Source: an uncultured Chloroflexia bacterium
Lineage (GTDB): Bacteria; Chloroflexota; Dehalococcoidia; UBA2979
Direction: 5' to 3'
Assembly (NCBI GenBank): GCA_963728205.1
Contig: CAVSIV010000002.1
Location: forward strand, 448,001-512,000
Length of the DNA stretch: 64,000 nucleotides
The notes under the pieces are model-generated. The model was given only the letters and a program-made list of their open reading frames with translations. It was not told where the DNA came from and did no database searches. The position numbers were made by a program, and so were the translations under genes. Shown here piece by piece: positions 40,321-49,281 of this stretch. How positions within the stretch are numbered: the stretch's first letter is position 1; each line of letters opens with the position of its first letter.

Positions 40321-41526
40321 CTACCACGTGTGCTCCGCCTCGTACGGGACGTACTTCGTGCGCAGCGCGACGTCCCAGCGGGCGAGCGCGCGGTCGTCGT
40401 GGACGTCGAGCAGGCCGGCGCGCGCGGCGTCGGTCGCGCTGATCCGGCCCCACACCATCGACGCCAGCGTGTCCGGGGTAAGCGTGAGGTCCGGGTCGCG
40501 GCCGTCGGCGCGCGTCACCGCGCTCGCCTCGGGGTCGGTCTCGAGCTGCCAGCGGCCGGCGTTCCACGGACAGAGCTCGTCGCGCAGCTCGAAGCGGAGC
40601 GTCTCGCGCACCGGGTACGGGCGCTGGGTCAGCGCGTCCTCGACCGTGACCAGGCGGGCCATGATGCCGTCGCGCGTGTGCGTGTTGAGCATGCGCGGCT
40701 CGACCAGCATGTTCGGCAGCGGATCGTCGGGCGCGGCGTTCTCCCAGCGGATCTCCCGGACGTTGTCGTAGGTGCCGAGGATGCGCCACAGCGCCTGGTG
40801 GGCCGCCGGCGTGAGCGCGAAGAAGTCCATCACGCGCAGGTAGTGTCCCGGGCCGGGACCATCATCAAAGTTCCCGGGGCCGGCGTGGTAGATGACATAA
40901 CCCAACGGCTCGCCGGCCTCTTCGTAGGCGAGGATCGTGCGCCGGTGCCCGATCGGCGGGTCGGAGAGGGGCCCGGCGTCCCACATCGCGCGGCCGCGAT
41001 GCACGAGGCCCGTGCGGTCCTCGCGGAAGCGGCGGTAGACGTCGACGAGCAGGCCGAACTCCGTCTCGAGGTCGACCTCGCGCACGCCGCCCGTGACCTC
41101 GACCGGGTGCGCGAACTGGATGTGCCGTGGCTCGACGCGGTACGCGAAGCGCGTGTTCACGGTGCCGTAGCCGTAGCGCTGGTAGATCGCCATCCAGGCG
41201 GGGTGGAGGCCGGACATCGCGACCTCGCGCCGCTCGTGGAGCTGCTCGAAGTGCATGCGATGGATCGCGCGGAGGAAGCCGCGGCGGCGGTAGGCGGGGT
41301 GCGTCGAGACCCAGGTCACGCCGGCGACGGGCGCGGGCGGGCCGTTGAAGCGAATCTGCAGCGGCCACGCCGCGTAGGTCGTGACGACGTGCCCGTCCTC
41401 GAAGGCGCACAGCGTCCAGTCGGGGTGCATGCCCTGGAACATCTCGGGCGACAGCCCGAGCTGGCGCGACGCCTGCTGCGCGACCTCCGACAGCTCCTCG
41501 GCGCGGGCGGGGCGGATCTCGACCAT
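40321..41526 (-). CDS. Eis-like GNAT acetyltransferase
   Basis: VSTHPAYRRRG, IYQRYGYG, C-terminal SCP2-like domain (D.LCPWNAG). Confidence 0.85.
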   Translation of the reverse strand: MVEIRPARAEELSEVAQQASRQLGLSPEMFQGMHPDWTLCAFEDGHVVTTYAAWPLQIRFNGPPAPVAGVTWVSTHPAYRRRGFLRAIHRMHFEQLHERREVAMSGLHPAWMAIYQRYGYGTVNTRFAYRVEPRHIQFAHPVEVTGGVREVDLETEFGLLVDVYRRFREDRTGLVHRGRAMWDAGPLSDPPIGHRRTILAYEEAGEPLGYVIYHAGPGNFDDGPGPGHYLRVMDFFALTPAAHQALWRILGTYDNVREIRWENAAPDDPLPNMLVEPRMLNTHTRDGIMARLVTVEDALTQRPYPVRETLRFELRDELCPWNAGRWQLETDPEASAVTRADGRDPDLTLTPDTLASMVWGRISATDAARAGLLDVHDDRALARWDVALRTKYVPYEAEHTW

Positions 41527-41566
41527 GGGGGCTCCTGTCGTAGTGCGCGTGCTTCGAGCGGGGCGG

Positions 41567-41983
41567 CTACGCCGGCTTGAACTGCGGGACGAAGACGCCT
41601 GGCGCCATCTCCACGAACGTCGCCTGCACCGGCATACCCACGCGGATCGCGTCGTTGTCGACCTCGACCAGGTTCGCGTTCACGCGCGGGCCCTCGGCCA
41701 GCTCGACGACCGCGAGGTTGTACGGCACCTCCCGTGCGAACGCCGGATGGTAGACGCGGTGCATCACCCCGAACGTGTGCACGGTGCCGCGGCCCGACGC
41801 CTCGGTCCACTCGAGGTCCGACCGCAGGCACTCGCTGCACACCTCGCGCACGGGCGCGAGGTACGTCCCGCAGTCGCGGCAGCGCTGGATCATCAGCGCG
41901 CCGCGCGCGGCGCCGTCGAAGAACGGCGCGGAGGCGTCGTCCGGGGCGGGCGCGGGGCGGTCGGTCGCGGCGGGCGTCGTCAT
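41567..41983 (-). CDS. DUF35/ChsH2-type Zn-ribbon OB-fold protein
   Basis: QRCRDCG..CSEC, SGRGTVHTF, VELAEGPR; overlaps the thiolase stop. Confidence 0.88.
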   Translation of the reverse strand: MTTPAATDRPAPAPDDASAPFFDGAARGALMIQRCRDCGTYLAPVREVCSECLRSDLEWTEASGRGTVHTFGVMHRVYHPAFAREVPYNLAVVELAEGPRVNANLVEVDNDAIRVGMPVQATFVEMAPGVFVPQFKPA

Positions 41984-43194
41984 CGGTGCGCTCCGTTCGC
42001 GGTGCCGGCGGTGGCGTCCGGCGACAGGATCAGCGTCGCGTGGTGGTCGAGGATGCCGCCCTGCGTGCTCACGAGGACGACGTCGTGCTGGGGTACCTGT
42101 CGGTCGCCGGCCTGGCCGCGCGCCTGGATCACGCCCTCGGAGACCGGCGTCATGCCCCACATGTAGTAGCCGGAGAGCTGGCCGCCGCCGGTGTTGGTCG
42201 GCAGCGCGCCGCCCGGACCGAGCTTCCCGTCCTGGACGAAGGCGCCGCCCTCGCCCTTCTTGCAGAAGCCGTAGTCCTCGAGCGTCACCATCGTCGTGTA
42301 CGTGTAGCAGTCGTACAGCTCGCGCACGTCGACGTCGTCGACGCCGACGCCGGCCATCGCAAACGCGGTCTCCTTCGCCTGCACGGCGCCGGTGTTGACC
42401 TCGTTCTCGAAGCCGGCACGGCGCGGGTTGCCGGGGTGCCCCTGGCCCATGCCGATCACGTAGACGGGCGGCTGCGCGAGGTCGCGCGCGCGCTCGGCGG
42501 AGGTGACGACCACCGCGATGGCGCCGTTCGTGACGAGCGTGCAGTCGAAGAGGTGGAACGGCTCCACGATCCAGCGCGAGTTGAGGTAGTCCTCGAGCGT
42601 CATCGGCTCGCGCTGCATCGCTGCCGGGTTCATCGTCGCCCACGCACGGGTCGACACGGCGACGGCGCCGAGCTGCTCCTGCGTCGTGCCGTAGAGCGAC
42701 ATGTGCCGCCGCGCGGCGAGCGCGTACTGGGTGTTCGCGGCGCCGAAGAACCCGTACGCCGCGGTGAGGCTGGCCATGCCGGTCGGCCGGCCGCCCCCTC
42801 CGCCGTACGCCGCGCCGGCGCTCACGCCCGGCCGCAGCGGCGCGTCGGCAAAGACGCACACCACCGCAGAAGCGAGCCCCGCCTGGATGGCGAGCGACGA
42901 GAACTGCACCATCTGGCCCGCGGTCGAGCCCTGGCCGTTCATGTGGTTGACCAGCCGCAAATTGCGGAAGCCGAGCTGCGACTGCAGCCCGGTGGAGATC
43001 GCGTTCGTGACGCCCGCGTTGATCAGCAGGCCGTCGATCTCGTCCTTCTGCAGGCCGGCGTCTTCGATCGCCCGGCGGATCGCCTCCGCGGCGAGCCCGG
43101 ACGCGCTCAGGGTGTAGTCGCGCGTCATCGCGGTGATGCCGAGCCCGGCGATCGCCGCTCCGCCGCTCGGGTTGAAGCTGGCGCTGTACGTCAT
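41980..43194 (-). CDS. Thiolase-superfamily protein (SCPx/Ltp2-like)
   Basis: AIAGLG, LFDC, LYDCYT, LPTNTGGGQLS; paired with DUF35. Confidence 0.85.
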   Translation of the reverse strand: MTYSASFNPSGGAAIAGLGITAMTRDYTLSASGLAAEAIRRAIEDAGLQKDEIDGLLINAGVTNAISTGLQSQLGFRNLRLVNHMNGQGSTAGQMVQFSSLAIQAGLASAVVCVFADAPLRPGVSAGAAYGGGGGRPTGMASLTAAYGFFGAANTQYALAARRHMSLYGTTQEQLGAVAVSTRAWATMNPAAMQREPMTLEDYLNSRWIVEPFHLFDCTLVTNGAIAVVVTSAERARDLAQPPVYVIGMGQGHPGNPRRAGFENEVNTGAVQAKETAFAMAGVGVDDVDVRELYDCYTYTTMVTLEDYGFCKKGEGGAFVQDGKLGPGGALPTNTGGGQLSGYYMWGMTPVSEGVIQARGQAGDRQVPQHDVVLVSTQGGILDHHATLILSPDATAGTANGAHR

Positions 43195-43310
43195 CGGTGC
43201 CCCCTCGTCCGCCGGGCCGCGCGCCCGGTGCGCGGGGATGATAGCGCGGGAGCCCGCGGGCGCCGCTCGAACCGAATCGGTACGCTGTGCGTGAGGATCA
43301 AGGTCACGCC

Positions 43311-43463
43311 ATGTTCTGGATCCTGTTCGCGCTGATCGGCCTGAACTCCGACCGCTATCCGCGGGTCGCCGAGCACCGGCGACACGTCGTGATGACCGCC
43401 ATCGCGCTGCTCTTCCTCGTCGCCGCCGTGGCGATCTTCATCCAGGCGGCTCTCTCGAACTGA
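43311..43463 (+). CDS. Small hydrophobic protein (50 aa), not in the ORF track
   Basis: MFWILFALIGLNSDRYPRVAEHRRHVVMTAIALLFLVAAVAIFIQAALSN; GC3-rich codons; fills an intergenic gap. Confidence 0.5.
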   Translation: MFWILFALIGLNSDRYPRVAEHRRHVVMTAIALLFLVAAVAIFIQAALSN

Positions 43464-43545
43464 GCGCCCTTCCCCCGGGCGAAGCGATATGCGACGCGTG
43501 ACATACTCCGGCACGCCGGGCGGTGGTCATCCAGGGGGTGCTTCC

Positions 43546-44409
43546 ATGTTCTTCATCAGCGTCATCAAGCAGTACGAGCGGGCCGTCGTCTTCCGGCTCG
43601 GGCGCTACGTCGGCACCCGCGGGCCGGGGCTCATCATCCTCATCCCGTTCGTCGACCGCGCCCTGCGCGTCGACATGCGCGAGCAGGTGCTCGGCGAGCC
43701 GGCGCAGTCATCGATCACGCAGGACAACGCGCTCGTCGACATCGACTACGTCGTCTACATGCGGGTGGTCGACGCCGAGGCCGCGATCATCAACGTGCAG
43801 GACTACTTCCAGGCGGTGCGCAACCTCGCCACCACGACGCTGCGCTCGGTGATCGGCGACATCACCGTCGAGCAGGTGCTGTCGCAGCGCGAGCAGATCA
43901 ACCAGGTGCTGCAATCGAAGCTGTCGGCGGAAACCGTGCGGTGGGGCGTCGAGGTGAAAGCGGTCGAGATCCGCGAGATCACGCCGCAGCACGACATCCA
44001 GCAGGCGATGACGCGCCTGCTGACGGCCGACCGCACGAAGCGCGCGCTGATCACGGAGTCGGAGGGCGATCGGCAGGCGGCGATCAACCGCGCCGAGGGG
44101 GCGAAGCAGGCCGCGATCCTCGAAGCGGAGGGCGAGCGCGAGGCGTCGATCCTGCGCGCGGAGGGCGCACGCCAGGCGGCCATCCTCAACGCCGAGGGCT
44201 ACGCGATGGGCCTCGACCGCATCTTCCAGGTCGCCGCGCGGGTCGACTCGAACACGATGGGCCTCCAGTACCTCGAGATGATGAAGCAGCTCGGCCAGGG
44301 CGCGTCGACGAAGTGGATCATCCCGATGGATCTCGCCTCGGTCGCCGGTCCGCTGGGCGAGGCACTGGGCGGCATCGGGCGGGGTGCGAACGGCTCCGGC
44401 ACGGCGTAG
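43546..44409 (+). CDS. SPFH/band-7 (stomatin-like) protein
   Basis: QYERAVVFRLG, PFVD, ITQDN, TTLRSVIG, WGVEVKAVEI, AEG repeats. Confidence 0.9.
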   Translation: MFFISVIKQYERAVVFRLGRYVGTRGPGLIILIPFVDRALRVDMREQVLGEPAQSSITQDNALVDIDYVVYMRVVDAEAAIINVQDYFQAVRNLATTTLRSVIGDITVEQVLSQREQINQVLQSKLSAETVRWGVEVKAVEIREITPQHDIQQAMTRLLTADRTKRALITESEGDRQAAINRAEGAKQAAILEAEGEREASILRAEGARQAAILNAEGYAMGLDRIFQVAARVDSNTMGLQYLEMMKQLGQGASTKWIIPMDLASVAGPLGEALGGIGRGANGSGTA

Positions 44410-44549
44410 GCCGCGTTCGCCGCGGCGAGCGGCAGGCGCAAGTCCTGCCGAGCGCTGCGCCGGATGACGGCGAAGCCCACGTCAGCGCCGACGGCGACGC
44501 CCGCGCGTTCGGGTAACGGCGACGCACACGCGTTTGGTTCACGGCGACG

Positions 44550-44701
44550 CCCACGGCAGTCAGCATGCCCCGGGGCGCCGTGCGCGCATGGACGTCACCC
44601 AAAGCGGCGGCAGATATGCCGCCGACAGGACGCGGACGCAGTCCGCGGCGGGCGCCGCGCTTCTGTCGGCATATCTGCCGCCGCTTTGACGTTCCGACGA
44701 G
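44550..44701. repeat. REPIN-like element family B, copy 1
   Basis: Arms AAAGCGGCGGCAGATATGCCGCCGACAG (44601-44628) and its inverse (44663-44687, 3-bp deletion); flanks homologous to 47807-47964. Confidence 0.85.
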
Positions 44702-44721
44702 CGCCGACGGCTGCCGCCCGC

Positions 44722-45933
44722 CTACAGCAGCCGCCCGCCCGGTTCCTCCGTGCGCGCCATGTAGCCGCGCGCGACGACGACGAACGCCGCGGTCACGAGC
44801 AGCACGAGCGTGCCCGCGACGATCGCCAGCGTGGCCGCGAGCTGGCGCAGCGTCAGCGCCGTCGAGCGCTGACCGAGGATGATGCTGAGACCGATTACGA
44901 TCGCCAGCGCCGCACCCGCCCCGAGCACGCCGCCACTGGGCACGAAGAACTCCATCGCGAACAGGACGGCCCCGACGAGGATCAGCGCGATCGCCGCCTC
45001 GCCCGGGAGCAGCGTGCCGAGCCCGAGGAACGCCAGCAGCAGCGAGATCACGCCGACCGTCCCCGGCAGGATCGTCCCCGTGAGGAAGATCTCCCCGGCG
45101 ATCCCCGCGATCCCGAGCAGCAGCAGCAGCGACACCACGAGCGGGTCGCTCACCACCTGCAGCAGCCGCTCATACGCGTTGCGGCGCAACTGCACCTGCG
45201 GCGCCGCCGCGACGTCGAGCGTCACCTTGTCGGCGTTGAGCAGCGTGACGGTCTTGCCCTGGACCGCGGCGAGCAGGTTCTCGAGCGTCGGCGCCGTGAG
45301 GTCGACGACGTGCTGGTCGACGGCCTCCTGCGGCGTCGCCGAGACGGCGTCGCGTACGGCCCGCTCGGCCCAGTCCGCGTTCCGCCCGCGCAGCTGGGCC
45401 ACGCCGCGCGCGAACGCCACGGTGTCGTTCTCGACCTTGCGTCCCTCGGTGCCGGTGATGTCGCCGCCGGTGTTCGTCACCGGCGAGGCCGCGCCGATCG
45501 TCGTGTTCGGCGCCATCGCCGCGACGTGGCCGGCCATCGCGATGAACGTTCCGGCCGACGCCGCCTCCGCGCCCGGGGGGCCGACCCAGGTGATCACCGG
45601 CACGCGCGAGCGCTCGATCCGCCCGACGATCTGCTTCATCGCGCTGATCTCGCCGCCGGGCGTGTCGATACGCAGCACGACCGCCGGCGCGGACACCTGT
45701 TCCGCCTGCGCGATCGCGCGGTCGACGTAGCGCGCCATCACGCCGTCCACCGTCCCGGTGACGGGCACGACGTAGAGCGCGCCGCGCTCCGGCGCCTGTG
45801 CGCAGCCCGCGAGCAGAAGCACCGCGATCAGCGCCGGCAGCACCCTCCGGGTCGCCTTCCGGGCCGCCCGCCGAGAGGCGTCCTCGGCCGAACGCACAGG
45901 CGTCCCGGGAGGCTCGCTCGTTCCTTCTGACAT
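44722..45933 (-). CDS. nfeD: NfeD-family membrane serine protease (ClpP-like domain + TM domain; C-terminal OB fold absent)
   Basis: LAGC lipobox, IDTPGG, AASAGTFI, AMAPNTTIGAASPV, GRNADWAE; start codon uncertain. Confidence 0.8.
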   Translation of the reverse strand: MSEGTSEPPGTPVRSAEDASRRAARKATRRVLPALIAVLLLAGCAQAPERGALYVVPVTGTVDGVMARYVDRAIAQAEQVSAPAVVLRIDTPGGEISAMKQIVGRIERSRVPVITWVGPPGAEAASAGTFIAMAGHVAAMAPNTTIGAASPVTNTGGDITGTEGRKVENDTVAFARGVAQLRGRNADWAERAVRDAVSATPQEAVDQHVVDLTAPTLENLLAAVQGKTVTLLNADKVTLDVAAAPQVQLRRNAYERLLQVVSDPLVVSLLLLLGIAGIAGEIFLTGTILPGTVGVISLLLAFLGLGTLLPGEAAIALILVGAVLFAMEFFVPSGGVLGAGAALAIVIGLSIILGQRSTALTLRQLAATLAIVAGTLVLLVTAAFVVVARGYMARTEEPGGRLL

Positions 45934-46038
45934 TCGTTCACACATATCCGCAGGGTTATACTCCGCCGGAACTTCGCCCGTCCGCTTCGCGCCGCCGCCC
46001 CGGTCCGCGCGTCGAAGCCCGCGCCAGAGGGGGACTGC

Positions 46039-47673
46039 TTGCGACCGATCGCCGACGTCGCCGCCACCATGGGCCTCGCCTGGGACGACCTCGAGCCGTA
46101 CGGGCGGGACAGGGCGAAAGTCCCGCTCCACGTCTTCCCCGAATCCTCGAACCCCGCTCACCTCGTCGTCGTCACTGCCATCACCCCCACCCCGGCCGGC
46201 GAGGGCAAGACCACGACGTCGGTCGGTCTCGTCGACGGCCTCGCGAAGATCGGCAAGCGGCCGGTGCTCACGATCCGCCAGCCGTCGCTCGGCCCGCTGT
46301 TCGGCCGCAAGGGCGGCGGCACCGGCGGCGGCCGCGCCGTCGTGCAGCCGGCGAACGACATCAACCTGCACTTCAACGGCGACTTCCACGCTATCGAGTC
46401 CGCGCACAACTTCCTCGCCGCGATGGCCGACAACGGCGCCTACACCGGCGACATCGCGGGCTTCACCGGCGAGAGCATCTCGTGGCGCCGCGTCACCGAC
46501 GCCGAGGACCGCGCGCTGCGCCGCATCGTCTCCGGCGTCGGCGGCCGCGCCGACGGCCCGCTGCGCGAGACCGGCTTCGACATCTCCGCCGCCTCCGAGA
46601 TCATGGCGATCCTCGCGCTGGCGTCCGACTACGACGACCTGCGCGCGCGCCTCAGCGACATCGTGGTCGGCTGGGCGAACGACCAGCAGCCGGTGACTGC
46701 GGCCGACCTCAAGGCCGTCGGCTCGATGATGGTGCTCCTCAAGGATGCGCTGAAGCCGAACCTCGTGCAGACGAGCGAGGGCACCCCGGCGGTCGTGCAC
46801 ACCGGGCCGTTCGGGAACATCGCGCACGGCTGCTCGTCGATCGTCGCCGACCGGCTGGCACGCGCGTGCGGCGACTACGTCGTGACCGAGGCGGGCTTCG
46901 GCGCGGACCTCGGCTTCGAGAAGTTCATGGACATCAAGGTGCGACAGGGCGGCGCGAAGCCGTCGGCGGCGGTGGTCGTGGCGACCGTGCGCGGGCTGAA
47001 GTGGCACGGCGGGGTCGAGATGGACGCGATGGAGACGCCGAACGTGCAGGCCGTGCACGACGGCAGCGCGAACCTGCGCCACGCGATCTCGATCGTGAAG
47101 CGCTACGGGCTGCCCGCCGTGGTCGCGATCAACCGCTTCCCTCAGGACACGCCCGACGAGATCGCGGAGCTGAAGCGCGCGGCGCTCGAGGCCGGCGCGC
47201 TGGCGGCGGTCGAGGCGAAGGGCTTCGCCGACGGCGGCGACGGGATGACCGAGCTGGCCGAGGCCGTGGTGAGCGCGGTCGAGGGCGGCTCGGCGAACGT
47301 GCAGCTCCTCTACGACGACGGCGACCGCATCCGGAAGAAGGTCGAAACGCTGGCGTCGAAGCTGTTCATGGCGGCCGAGGTCACGTGGGGGCCGCGCACG
47401 CTGACGACGTCGCGCCGCTTCGAGCAGAACGGATGGGACTTCCCGATCTGCATCGCGAAGACGCACCTCTCGATCTCCGCGAACCCGCGCCTGCGCGGTG
47501 CGCCGGAGGGCCACATCTTTCCCGTGACGGAAATGCGCATCGCCGCCGGCGCGCGCCAGGTGATCTGCCTCGCCGGCGACATCATGACGCTGCCCGGTCT
47601 CCCCGCGACCCCGAACGCCTACGACATCGACCTCACGCCCGAGGGCGAGGTCGACGGGCTGCTCGGGACGTAG
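46039..47673 (+). CDS. fhs: Formate--tetrahydrofolate ligase
   Basis: TPTPAGEGKTT, KGGGTGGG, GPFGNIAHG, TEAGFGADLG.EKF, CIAKT, MTLPGLP. Confidence 0.95.
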   Translation: MRPIADVAATMGLAWDDLEPYGRDRAKVPLHVFPESSNPAHLVVVTAITPTPAGEGKTTTSVGLVDGLAKIGKRPVLTIRQPSLGPLFGRKGGGTGGGRAVVQPANDINLHFNGDFHAIESAHNFLAAMADNGAYTGDIAGFTGESISWRRVTDAEDRALRRIVSGVGGRADGPLRETGFDISAASEIMAILALASDYDDLRARLSDIVVGWANDQQPVTAADLKAVGSMMVLLKDALKPNLVQTSEGTPAVVHTGPFGNIAHGCSSIVADRLARACGDYVVTEAGFGADLGFEKFMDIKVRQGGAKPSAAVVVATVRGLKWHGGVEMDAMETPNVQAVHDGSANLRHAISIVKRYGLPAVVAINRFPQDTPDEIAELKRAALEAGALAAVEAKGFADGGDGMTELAEAVVSAVEGGSANVQLLYDDGDRIRKKVETLASKLFMAAEVTWGPRTLTTSRRFEQNGWDFPICIAKTHLSISANPRLRGAPEGHIFPVTEMRIAAGARQVICLAGDIMTLPGLPATPNAYDIDLTPEGEVDGLLGT

Positions 47674-47806
47674 ACCGGGCCCCGGTCCGCGCGCGGCAGG
47701 CTTCGGCCCGCCGGTCGGCGCGCGGCAGGCTTCAGGCCTGCCGTGTGCATTGGCTCCCTCCGATCACGAGAGGTGGCCACTCCGGGTCTGCGAAGCCGGC
47801 CACGAT

Positions 47807-47964
47807 CCCACGGAGTCGCCATGACCCGGTTGGGGCGCCGTCCGCGCACGATCGTCACCCAAAGCGGCGGTAGATATGCCGCCGACAGCAGCGCGGCGCC
47901 AGCCGCGGACTGCGTCCGCGTCCTGTCGGCGGCATATCTGCCGCCGCTTTGACGTTCCGACGAG
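47807..47964. repeat. REPIN-like element family B, copy 2 (spacer inverted relative to copy 1)
   Basis: Arms at 47861-47888 and 47923-47950; same flanks as copy 1. Confidence 0.85.
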
Positions 47965-47995
47965 GGCTGAACCCTGCCGCGCCGGCCGGCGCGGT

Positions 47996-49198
47996 CTACT
48001 CCGCGACCCGGATCGCGCCCTCGTCCTGCAGCGCGGCGAGCGCCTTCGTATCCAGGCCCAGCTCCGCGGACAGCACCTCCGCCGTGTGCTCGGCGATCAG
48101 CGGCGCACGGCCCTGCGGCACGGCGCCTTCCATGCGCAGCGGGTGGCGCATCAGCTGCACCCGGCCATTCTCCGGGTGGTCGACCTCCTGGATGAAGTCG
48201 CGCGCCACCAGGTGCTCGTCGGTGAACAGGTCGTAGGTGTCGAAGACGTATGAGCACGGCACGCCGGCGCCGGCAAGGATGTGCATCACCTCCTGCTTGG
48301 TGTGCTGCGCCGTCCAGTGCGCGATCTCGCCGCGCAGCGCGTCGACGTGCTCCATGCGGAATGCGGGGTTCTCGAAGCGCGGGTCGGCGAGCAGGTCCGC
48401 GCGGTCCATCGCCGCCACCATCGCGTCGAACATGCGGGTGGTGGCGGGGAAGATGAAGACCCAGTCGTTCGGCCCGCCGCCCTTGCACCGGTACAGCCCG
48501 CCGCCCGTGCGGCCGCGCTGTGAGCCGTGGCGGAGCGCCGGAGACTTGCCCCAGTTCGCGAGGTCGAGCGTGCGCATGAACATGGTCACGGCCTCCTGCA
48601 TGGAGAGCTCGATGACCTGGCCCCTGCCGGTGCGCTGCTGCTCGACGTACGCCGCCGTGATCCCGAGCGCCGCCTGGATGCCGGTGCCGGTGTCGCCCAT
48701 CGTCGGGCCGACGATCTGCGGCGGGCCGTCGGCGTCGCCGGTCGTCGAGAACGAGCCGGCCGCGGCCTGCGCCACCCAGTCGTAGACCTTGTAGTCCTTA
48801 TAGGGGCCCGACAGGCCGAAGCCCTTGATGCGCGTGTAGATGAGGCGCGGGTTCAGCGCGCACAGGACATCCGGACCGAGGTCGAGCGCCTCGATCACGC
48901 CGGGCCCGTAGTTCTCGACGAACGCGTCGAACTTCGGCACGAGGTCGAGGAAGAGCTGCCGGCCGCGGGCGTGCTTGAGGTTGAGGACGACCGAGCGCTT
49001 GTTGCCGTTGTAGTTCATGAAGTACTGCGGGTCGCCGGGATGGCCGTCCAGGCCGCGGCCGGTATAGCGGCCGGGGTCGCCGGTCGGGCCCTCCACCTTG
49101 ACGACGTCGGCGCCGAGCCACGCGAGGTACTGCGTGCACGAGGTGCCGGCCTCGTACTGGGTCATGTCGAGAACGCGCATGCCATCGAGGGCGGGCAT
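47996..49198 (-). CDS. Class III CoA transferase (CaiB/BaiF, formyl-CoA transferase-like)
   Basis: LDGMRVLDMTQYEAG, LGADVVKVE, NKRS, VENYGPG, GD..TG. Confidence 0.9.
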   Translation of the reverse strand: MPALDGMRVLDMTQYEAGTSCTQYLAWLGADVVKVEGPTGDPGRYTGRGLDGHPGDPQYFMNYNGNKRSVVLNLKHARGRQLFLDLVPKFDAFVENYGPGVIEALDLGPDVLCALNPRLIYTRIKGFGLSGPYKDYKVYDWVAQAAAGSFSTTGDADGPPQIVGPTMGDTGTGIQAALGITAAYVEQQRTGRGQVIELSMQEAVTMFMRTLDLANWGKSPALRHGSQRGRTGGGLYRCKGGGPNDWVFIFPATTRMFDAMVAAMDRADLLADPRFENPAFRMEHVDALRGEIAHWTAQHTKQEVMHILAGAGVPCSYVFDTYDLFTDEHLVARDFIQEVDHPENGRVQLMRHPLRMEGAVPQGRAPLIAEHTAEVLSAELGLDTKALAALQDEGAIRVAE

Positions 49199-49281
49199 CG
49201 AGGGGCTCCTTTCGACGCCGGGGGCGAGGGGCCGGCCGGAACGCCCGCATGGTAGCGGACGCCGTCCCGGTGCACGTCCGC

